Below, one piece after another: positions 54,020 through 64,000 of a stretch of 64,000 nucleotides of DNA. Source of the stretch: Vermamoeba vermiformis (Eukaryota); assembly GCA_045837725.1 (NCBI GenBank), contig JBEWZL010000227.1, positions 62,001 to 126,000 on the forward strand. The letters are read 5' to 3'. Positions within the stretch are counted from its first letter, which is position 1, and the number at the start of each line of letters is the position of its first letter. The position numbers were made by a program, and so were the translations under genes. Below the pieces are notes generated by a model. That model did no database searches, was not told the DNA's origin, and was given only the letters and a program-made list of their open reading frames with translations.

Positions 54020-57000
54020 TTATTTATTAGATGTCGTTCGTTGTAAAGGAGCGCTAGGACTCGTCGCCTGGACACTTTGAGAGCTCGTAACTAAGTTATT
54101 CCCGTCCCCATTATTTTGCGCTGAGTTTGATTCACTCGCGTTGACAACACTAGGAGTGGTATTAGGCGCGGTAATACCTCGAATTTTAGCGACTTCTTGC
54201 ACAATAACTTGTTGTGGCGAAACTTTTTGTAGTTCCTCTTCAATACTGGTAATAATAGCAATTAATATTGATACATATATTCGTTTAATTCATATATTGC
54301 GCGTATTAGTAATCATATTGTTAATATTTTGAGTCTAATTGCTGCATTAAGATTCGAGTTAATTTTAAAGACAAGCTAGTTTAAACTAAACCAAATCATA
54401 TATAATTGCCATTCCTTAGTATAATACGCATACGTCTATATATAATCAATATTAAGAATAAATAACTTACAGTTCTTTCGGTTGCTTGCAAAGATTTTGG
54501 ATGGTGATTAGCGCGTCGTCTGCCTCCATGCCCAAAACAGCCAAAATATTGAATAAGTGAGCTACGAATACATTATATTAGTACAATATATATTAATAGC
54601 TAATTGGTATAAAGTAATCTGAGATTACTGTTTCTATTTTTAGATCTTATTTGTAAAGGTCCAGATCTCGTTACCTATATCAACGCTCAATTGATGACCG
54701 CCGAGAATAGTTAACTTAGGTATATTGAATATCTGGTTGACATAGAGATTCATTGTGGCTTTCGACAGTAAGCTGATCCACATAAGCGAATAATTTTCCT
54801 CGGAGCTTAATGCATCAACTGATACGAGTTAGTAAAACAATATACTAACACATTGCATTGAAGAATTATATGGTAGTCTTACCTCCGACGTCGTCGTTGG
54901 AATCAAAATCTTCCTTTTCATTTTGTTTTGCTTGATCTGGCAAAAAATTATTACCAAAATTCTGTTATCTTGTTGGTGTTATATGCCTTACCATTGCTAT
55001 AGGCTTGAATTGTAGGGTACTTCATGCCTTCAAAATTGGCAGGCAACGCAAACACTTTGCTCGTGCCATAAGGCTCTAAAAATTGAGATACGCTCAAGAA
55101 ATGCTCTACTATCAGCTTAATATAGCCCTATTAAAATTTATCGTTGTTAATTAATTGAGTCGCGCGATGAAAAACAGAACACCTTCGTACTCCGGATGGC
55201 GCCAAAAATATTTGAAACAAGATGTTTACCTGTGCCGATAAGCTAAACTGAGGTACTGTTTGAGCGTCAGGTAATTCCACGCGCCATTCCTCGAGCGATG
55301 GGACGGTTAATAGCTTGTCGCGGATGTAGACAAACATCGAGTCAAATACGAACTGCTTTGCTGCAATTTGCAAGTTTGATACTTGATCCATCGCCTTCGA
55401 TAATATATTTGTCGAATCTTAATAATAAACCATTATTACTGAATTCTTTTTATGAAACGCATCCGCAACGTACCGTTATTCAAGTGGTTCAAAAATGATA
55501 GCAATCGCATGGCTTTCTCTGATTCCTCGCGCAATTGCATTACTGAAAGGTCGCGCACGCTAAAGAATAATATTTAATTAGGAATACGATGAAGTAACAG
55601 AAAGTACCAAATGAAACGTACTTTAGTTCGGCCGGATCTGTTTCTTCGCCATAAATATAGACTCTTTGATGCCTTAACGATGACTGCAAGTTCTTTGTGA
55701 AGGCTTGAAGTTTATCCGAGAATTTTGATAAAATCTCAACGAGTTGTAATGCTCCTTGGAAGTAGCTCTAAATAACAATACGTAAACAATTCAGTGGTGC
55801 CCGAGGAACATGCCTTTGTATTATAGTATAGTGCACTAACCTCTTGCCAACTATGGAAAGATTGCGCATTTGAATCTTTCTTTTGCTCGACCGGGCGCGA
55901 GTAATCTAGATCTGCTAAGTGTGCCAGTGAACGCAAGTGCTGTAGCACATTGAAGAGTGACTTGAGGTATTCGATGATGACTCCCTATAGTGCTCGAGAT
56001 TAGCTATGCCACCAAGCATACTATCGTACTTACATTTAATATATTACAGTAGCCGATTGCCTCAGATCCCTCAGTGAACTGGATCAGCCGTTCAATAGAT
56101 CCTTGAAGCACGGTCATAATCTTAGGTACTGCTGATGCTACATTTTGAATTGAGATGCTGAAACCTTCAAGTGTCTAAAGAGAAAGTGACTGTTAGACTC
56201 GGTTTCAGGTATGGATGTGCGCACGTACCGGTTTGACCTGGTTAAGTTGGTGCAGCAAAAATTCTTTTTCAGCCTTTGGATAGGCAAGTTGGAAACCAAA
56301 ATAAGGCTGAATAATACTCTTGGAGGCGTGCGTCTTCAGCGTATCTACAGAACGGTTAGTTACAGAGTATGAGCGCAGATGCTGGAAAGACAGTACGCAC
56401 CTTCAGTTTTTAAGAAATTCTCGACGGAGTTGGCAAAACCACGAGACACGGAGTAGCACGATATCAGCAACGGCAAGTCACGAAGCTTCTTCAATCGATC
56501 TTCAAAAGACTTCCGGATCTCGTTATGGAGCTCGACAACCAGTACCACCAAGATGCTGTGTGGATCGTCAAATATTTCCTGTATCCACTCCAACTAAAAA
56601 AAACAGGGGTAAGCAACGGAAGCAAAAAAAAATCAATGTGCCAACCCCTGGAATTGAACCAGGATTTTTGGAGCCACAATCCAATGTTCTTCCGTTGAAC
56701 TAGGTCGGCTGGTTTGGTCCGACGGAGCAAAAACAACGAAACCCGAGCCCTCAGTTCGGAACGCCTTTAACCACGTCCTTGCTCTGTGGTTTTTAAAACA
56801 AACTCCTCCAGAGAAGTACGTAAAAATGCAAAAATTAATATCGCTTGCCCAGCCTCCTTTTCGCGCACTATAATTATGCGATATAGTAAAACAAAAACGA
56901 AAAAAGCAATTGTAGTAAGCGCCAAAATAGCACATCGTCAAGCCAAAAAAAAGTGAGGGCAAGCCGAACGAGCGATTTGCCAGGTACCTGTCGAGGATAA

Positions 57001-58495
57001 AAGCAAAAAAGTATTCGACGTCGATGGGATTCGAACCCATGCGGGACAAGCCCAATGGCTTAGCAGGCCACCACCTTAAAACCACTCGGTCACGACGTCT
57101 TGGTTGATCCGACGTTTTGAGAATTTGGTGAAACGACCCGTACGGAAACAATAAAAGCCTCGCTCCAGCCAGATCTTGCTTACCTCTGAATTCAGCACGC
57201 TCAGGACTTCGTCGTAAAATGAAGAAAGGTAATCTAAGAACGCGTCTGGCTTCTGTTCGTGTTTGATTTCGCCTGGGACCGCAGGTTTCTTCTGATCGAA
57301 GGAGTTCCAGTACTCGGTGAGCGACACCAGCCTGATAGGAACCATTTAGCTCGGATAATGTCAAATGCTGCTGACTTACTTGCACTTGTAATAGGACTGC
57401 AAGAACTGGTCGTACATGTTAATCCGTTTGTATATTTGAAGATACTTTTTCGTCTCCTCTGTACGCGCAATCAATTACAAATTATTCATCATCAAGTTTG
57501 ACAGCCAATCAGTGAACTCACCTCGATTAGATTGCTTCAGTGACTGTAATAGCCTCGGCTTTAGCATGCCTTCTAAGCGCTGCTTGTAAAAGTTGAGTTT
57601 TTCCTGGCTGTTTTGATACTCGGGGATATCCTTCAAAATTGTTGCGCTCTTTTCCATCTCCTCGATAACTTTTGATATCTATGGATCATATTTAGCGTAA
57701 ATACTATATTCAACCCGAACCGCTATTGTACGTACTTCATTTTCTTCCTTCTTGTCAAAGGCGCGTTCAATAGAGCCAATATAAGAGGTAAATTTGGATG
57801 ATTCTTGGATGATTTGATTACAAATCTCCATTCTTGATTTAATTTCGTCTAGTTCAGCGAGGACATCGATAGATTTTTGAGTTTGGGTCTCCATCTGGTT
57901 ATGAGCTCACCGTTAATCAGATGCTGATATATATTATTTAAGTATATTACCGTGGACAGTTTTGTTTGTATTTCTGCCACGCGCTGCTTCAAGTGCACTG
58001 CGTCTTTCTTTATGAGCTCGATCTCGCGCATTGCTCTTCGATTGATGATTAAATTATGCTCGCCATGCTATTAAATCATTATATTGCTTACTTGGGAATA
58101 CGCGAGACGCATTTTACACTCAGTTCATCCAACGAGGCGCTAAGTTCTGACGATAATAATTGAAGTTTGACACGCAGCTCTCCTGCTTGGCTCTAATATT
58201 TGAATAAATTATTAAATATTACATTGTGTTCATATTGATAAATGGCACTAAAATTGAGTGCTGTGGCTCGTGTAACAATTTTGATCCAAATTTTGCTGAC
58301 GTCAATATAATCTTTTATTAGTAATGTTTGCTAACCTCAATAGCATCCTCTGTGGTGCAATTTTTTAATGCCTCATTAATCCAATCTTTTACATTGAAAT
58401 CGTCAGCTAATCCAAAGTTCGCTAGATCCTGTAAAAAGGACTGAGTTGAGTAAATTACGACGCGAGATTGCATAGTTAAAACTTACTAAGGACAT
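54020..58495 (-). CDS. COG7: Conserved oligomeric Golgi complex subunit 7
   Basis: DDFNVKDWIN, KLQL…IPRAMREIE, SIDVLAELDEIKSRME, RLEGMLKPRLL, VLNSE|LEWIQEIFDDP, VPQFSLS, GHQLSVDI. Confidence 0.88.
56639..56709 (-). tRNA. tRNA-His(GTG), inside a COG7 intron
   Basis: GCCGACC…GGTTGGC-A acceptor stem, anticodon arm TTGGA-TTGTGGC-TCCAA, T-loop GGTTCAATTCC, downstream T-run; no genomic G-1, as is typical of eukaryotic tRNA-His. Confidence 0.93.
57016..57099 (-). tRNA. tRNA-Ser(GCT), inside the same COG7 intron
   Basis: GACGTCG…CGACGTC-G acceptor stem, anticodon loop CTGCTAA, long variable arm GGGCTTGTCCC, GGTTCGAATCC, downstream T-run. Confidence 0.95.
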
Positions 58496-58640
58496 TATAA
58501 TATGTACAACACTGACAAGAATAAATAAATAAAACATTGAAAAAACGGTCAAATTCGCCTAGCCACGCGGAACTGCATTTTAATATGTCAATAGAAGAGT
58601 CGTTCTTAAAGGCTTTATTTGTACAATATATTTACAAGGA

Positions 58641-59750
58641 TTACTCTTTATCGAGCTTGATGTGTTTAGCGATTTCTTTGTCCTCGAAGTGATAGACACG
58701 TTCTCTTGGCACAACTAAGCTCTTTAGATCTCCTATAAACATACCAAGTTAATGGAATGTTATTTTATATATAAAGATAGACAGGCTCTTATTTATAGTT
58801 AGCACTAGTATTAGATCGTTAGTAGTAGTCCCTACCTTTCGTTACGAGCGCGTACTGTTGCGCTACAAAATCAGATATGTCTTCTATCTTCACGATCATA
58901 TCTCCATTCGTGAACTCTTCGATGCCTTTCAAACCAATTTGAATGGCACGTCTTACTGTCTAGAGAGCAGTAAGTTAGAAAAACGGCAATAAAAAAAAGC
59001 AACTTCAATCAACAGGTTATATTTGAGTTTGTAATAAGGACTTTTGTGATGTTTTTACGTACCTCAGAACCGTCAGGCCTGTGATCTGGATCCCATTGTA
59101 ACCGCACGGTGCCACGAGCTCCTTTTGGCTTCTTATACTTCTCTCCGGACTTCAACTCCTCGTGCGATTTGTTCACCACAGCACGCGACAAGAGTTGCTC
59201 GAAAGAAGATCGGTTAATCCACACTGCTAATGTGCGCTGTTGATCGTGTTTGGTGCCCCACTTGGAGCGGTACATCATCCACAAGAAATTCGTTTTAACC
59301 CACGTCATACGTGTAGTATTATAGTCAGGGCCTATCAAATGATATATTAAATGTTGTTTTCATATAGCTAGCAATAAGTACGCAGAAAACAAAGTGTAAA
59401 GTTAGCAGGATGCATTTCGAACTTACCTCCGAATTTTTGATTTGCAACCGCCCATTGAGCAATACTTGGCTTGAATGCTTGATAAACGATAATTGTGTCG
59501 TCGTCATATTGCGCTAGAACGTGTTGGCCTTTTTTCGGCCAGATCTGACATTTAAATATTAATAAACTGAGCTTTATCTCTAATTAACAAACGTGCTCGA
59601 TCATTATTGTTTGCCATTTTTTTGGAATTTTCGGCTGCGTTAATAATGAATAACACTTGCCTCTAGTTGATCTTCGTATCTTTCCGTTAATAAAACCTTG
59701 CCAGTTGCTTCGTTGGCATTTTCATTACTTTCACGTATGTCGTGTTCCAT
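58641..59750 (-). CDS. DUF4291 family protein
   Basis: Family motifs IIVYQAF, RMTWVKTNFLWMMYRSKWG, VRLQWDPD, RRAIQIGL; 5 exons. Confidence 0.88.
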
Positions 59751-60683
59751 TGTTGATTTAGTGCGATTGAAATGGACATGAGTTCGTGGACTTTACCCCA
59801 GAACGGAGGAAAACTGAGAAACATGTGAGATTAACATATGCAGGCGACTTTTTCTCATCATTGATGGTACTTTGTTAAATTTTGGGTGCTGCACTGCGGT
59901 CACTAATCATCAAAAGCAAAAACAATCAGCTTTCCGATTTTACGCGCCAAACAAAGCGCTTTTACACGCCTGCTAGTTAGCTAAAACTCACGCCTCACAT
60001 ATTTTAGAAGGCACTCATAGGCTTGTTGTCGAACAGGCAAGCTATTTAAAATTGAAACGGGAAGAATCACACGCACGTAAAAACGTAACAATAAAGTTAC
60101 GCTATCTATCAAAACATTGCTTATGGCGTAATAATTATATCTTTAATGCTTGAAACTTCATAGGCATTTTACTGCTCTTATTTGAATTGCCAGGAAATAA
60201 TTAACAAGCTTGCAATTCACAATAATAATTGGTGTACCCACCGTACTGCGGCATTATCGCCGCACTAATTGCTGAAAATTACCATTATTATTGGTATCCA
60301 GAAATGGTTGGTGTTGGTTTGTAGACGGCGAGGTATGAGATTCGTACTGCGAGATTCACGAATCTGCACTATTAAGTGAACGACGAAAGCGTTTGAGAAA
60401 GGTAAGTGCCACGTAATCTTAACAAGTGATTTCACTTTTCGAAAAATAAAAAAATCTCCTTTTCTCCTTCGGGAGGTTAGGAAGATCTTAGTTACGCGCA
60501 GGGAACAAAATTGTCCACACAAACCGGTCAGAAAATCAGTCTGCTTTTTGTTGTCACGCGAGCAAGTGGTACCCACACAAGCTTGTCATTATTATTATCC
60601 TTGTATTATAAGTGGTGTTAGAAGTTTTTCTTACTGACACGCAGCATTCTGTTACTGGATTGCGTCAAGGATAGCAAAACAAA

Positions 60684-63600
60684 ATGTCGGTTATAGCGGC
60701 CGAGCATCACCCTGGTATCCTAGAAAAAAATAAGGTAAGGATTAAGCGAAATAAAATTTACTTGTCAAGATCGAAAATGAACTAACGCGGATCAGGATCT
60801 TGAAACTCAAGCCTCATTTGTCAAAGGACCGGCTCTTAGCGATACCTCAGGAGACCGTATATTTTTTACACCAGCTGGAGATTTAATTTCAAAGGGCTGG
60901 AAGAAAAGTTTGACCCAAGATGAAGTTTGGCGCTTGGATGAAGAAAATACAGCTGAAAGAATTTGGGACAAACTTCAACCAGTCTGGGAAGAGGAGAAAA
61001 AGAAGCCTAAGTAAGTAATAAAATCTACCAAGTGACCGTTATTTTTTTCTGGCTCGATCTCCGTTCCGTCGCTCACAAATGTCTGACGTATATACTTTTA
61101 GGCCTAGTCTCTTCCGTGCTGTCTTAACAATTTTTAGACGCCCACTTCTTGGTGCGTTGGGCGTCATGTTCGCTTATGGTACGTTAATTAGAATTGATCC
61201 GCGTCGGATGTAGTCTGGATCTAACCAAAATTATTACAGGCGCTTTCTCATTCATCAATCCGATTATCTTGCCTTTCCTTATTCTCTACGTCAATGACTT
61301 CAATGTCCCTGCATACGCTGGCTTTATTTACATCTTTTGCATCATTATATCTCAAATTGCCGGATCGGTCTTCTACTACTACGGTAAGTTAACTTTTGCG
61401 GGGATCGGGATTTCATGGATCCGCATCCCGTCCCATCTCTTACATGTTCCTGGTAATTAATCAATGATTGAACCTTTAGGTACCTTCCGTGCGAATATCA
61501 TGGGTATGAACGTAAGTACACGCGCACTGATACTTATTTGTGATTGCGATACTAATGCAAATATTAAATAGATGAGGACAGCTTTGTTGCTGGTGAGTTT
61601 AATGTGATCCGAAAATGGATTTGTTTTTGCTAACGGAAATTTAGTTGGTATACCGCAAGAGTTTGACGATTGCACCCGCCAAGGACTCGAGCTCTGGTCA
61701 AATTGTCAATTTGATTAGTAGTGATGCGTTATTTATTGCGGATTCGATCTCGTTGGTATCTCTCGGTGTTGTTGTGCCCTTGCAACTCATCAGTAAGGCT
61801 TAAGAATTGCGTCATATTATAGCAATGATTTAATATTATTTTTCTTTTAGTCGGTATCATTCTCTTGGCGATTTACATCAACTTCTATGTCGTGATCGTG
61901 GTTGGTTTGATGATCCTTTCGTTCCCTATTACTGCAGTATTGGGAAGACGTTTCGGATCTCTCCGTTTGGCGCTCCAATTGCAAGGAGATAAGAGATTGA
62001 AGCTTATCAACGAACTTCTTGCTGGTAAGTAACAAAAAAGATCCGCGTTCGAACTTCCTATTTTGTATAGAAATCTTAATGCAGCAATAATAACGCTTTA
62101 TACCAACAGGTATTCGTATTGTCAAGTACTACGCTTGGGAAGACGCCTTCTTTAACAATATTGACAAGTACCGCGAGCTCGAGTTGAAAGAACTCAAAAC
62201 TTTGTCCAACAACAGAGCCATTTTGCTTGCTTTGTTGCAAAACGTTATTTCCGTCGCTCTCGGAGTCACTATCGTAAGTAGCGAGCCTATCGAGCAAAGT
62301 TAATTAATTCGTCCACCGGGATGTGGATTCAATTTGGGGTTTTTTATTCGTTGAAAATGAATTAACTTTAAAGTTTAGATTCTTTGGGGTCTGTTCGAGA
62401 ACTTCAACCAATCCATTGTCTTCACCGTCATTTCCATCTTCTCTTTGATTCGTCAAGCCTTCCTTTTGTTGCCAATTACCGTTGCCGTGTTCCCTCAATA
62501 CGTCAATGCGTTTATGCGTGTGCAGACTTTCATTGCGCAACCTGATATCGTCCCTGTTGAGAAGTCTGAAGCCGCTGACACCGAGATCCGTCTTGAAAAC
62601 GCTTCGTTCCAATGGCCTGCTGGTACCGAGCCTGTCTTGAAGAACATTAACATGAGAGTAAGTATAGAGCTCTATATAATACTATTTAATAATCATAAGT
62701 CACCATCTTAACTTTTGCTAATATTTTTCTGCAGGCCAAGAAGGGAGATTTGGTTATGATTGTCGGTCCTGTTGGTAGCGGCAAATCATCGTACATTCAA
62801 TCCGTTCTCGGAGAGCTTCCTAAAGTCTCTGGCAACTTGACCGTTGGAGGCGACATTGCTTACGTGGCTCAAGAGGCGTTCATTTTCAACTCAACAGTCC
62901 GCGAGAACATTATCTTTGGCAAACCATTCGATATGGACAAGTACAAGAAGGTGTTGGAGACATCAGCACTGATGCCTGACTTGTATCAGTTCACTGCAGG
63001 AGATAGTACTGAGATTGGTGAACGAGGTGTCAACTTGTCTGGCGGTCAGAAACAAGTAAGGATTATTCTTAATAAGTAGCCATTATATGGACTAACTATA
63101 ATATTTTTCAGCGTATTTCCATCGCTCGTGCATTGTACAGCGATGCAGACATCATTTTGTTGGACGATCCGTTGTCAGCAGTCGATGCACATGTCGGCAA
63201 ACACCTCTTCGAGAAGGCTATCAAGGACTACTGGAAGGAGAAGCTGGTCATTTTGGCTACTAACCAACTTCAATACTTGCCTTATGCCGACAACATCATC
63301 TTCTTGAGTGACGGTGAAGTCGTTGCTACTGGCAAGTTCGACGAGTTGATGAACAGCTCTGCTGCCTTCAAGGACCAGATGACCAAGTACGGTGTTACTG
63401 GTGCTAAAGAAGAAGAAAAACAAGAAGAGAAGAAAGAGGTCAAGCCTGCTGCTGCTGAGAAGGCTGGTCCCGAACAAAGTACGTCCATTAGTAATTGTTT
63501 CTATCCGAGCATTTGACTAAGAAAACATTGTAGGCGGCACCCTCATTAACGACGAAGAGAAACAATCCGGTTTGATTGGCTGGAACGTGTACTGGTACTA

Positions 63601-64000
63601 CTTCAAGAAGGGTAACGCCGCTGTTTTCGCCATCGTCACTCTTTTCTTCGCTATCTCTGTCGGTTCTCGTGTTACTGGTACTTGGTGGTTGACTGAATGG
63701 ACTACTGGTGGCCGCCAATCTGGTGTTGTTACTACTCTCCCAGTCTGTAAGTTTTTGATTCATTGACACGTGTCAAAGTGTCAAATTTTAACTCTTTAAC
63801 TATCAGACGCTGGTGTCTACGCTGCCTTTATTGCCGGTGAAGTTTTGTTCAACACTCTGGCGTACTTCATTGGTGTTACTCACAACATCAAGGCCTCACG
63901 CAAGTTGCACCAAGACTTGCTCGCTAAAGTCATTCGTGCACCTACTGCTTTCTACGACGTTACTCCTCTTGGACGGTAAGTATTAATTTTAATAATGCCC
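60684..64000 (+). CDS. ABCC/MRP-type ABC transporter (short form without TMD0), partial at the window end
   Basis: TMD1 (GQIVNLISSD, GIRIVKYYAWE), NBD1 Walker A GPVGSGKSS, TEIGERGVNLSGGQKQR, IILLDDPLSAVDAHVG; TMD2 start with FYDVTPLGR. Confidence 0.95.

Noticed and set aside
56945-56982. GGCAA…TTGCC hairpin followed by a T-run between the two tRNAs, considered as a possible ncRNA
   Set aside because: The stem is short and I see no A/B boxes or snoRNA boxes; insufficient evidence without an Infernal search.
56633-57385. 250-aa ORF on the minus strand
   Set aside because: It runs out of frame over a COG7 exon and through two tRNA genes in the intron, so it is a chance open frame.

Overview
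AT-rich, gene-dense eukaryotic (protist-like) DNA with many GT-AG introns, so the ORF track shows only exon fragments. I rebuilt about 23 protein-coding models by hand. Recognisable genes: secreted sialate O-acetylesterase, CLC chloride channel, universal stress protein, dual-specificity phosphatase, PGAP1, two inverted paralogous S10 serine carboxypeptidases, a double-RhoGAP protein, a canonical Arf GTPase, FBXO4-like, eIF2B-alpha, F-box/WD40, COG7 (with tRNA-Ser and tRNA-His in one intron), DUF4291 and a partial ABCC transporter. The most striking element is a local family of BTB-BACK proteins. Two members are fused C-terminally to an Arf-derived G-domain with a degenerate switch II/G3 motif, and they share intron positions with the canonical Arf gene in the same window (a candidate CUL3-adaptor/Arf pseudo-GTPase system). 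Also notable: a young 5'-truncated L1/Tx1-type retrotransposon with a poly(A) tail and 12-bp TSD that splits an otherwise intact 509-aa membrane-protein gene, an intron-containing LINE-ORF1/ZCCHC3-like gene, about nine cullin-adaptor genes, and two recurrent intronic DNA motifs. Exon boundaries were inferred by eye and no database searches were run.
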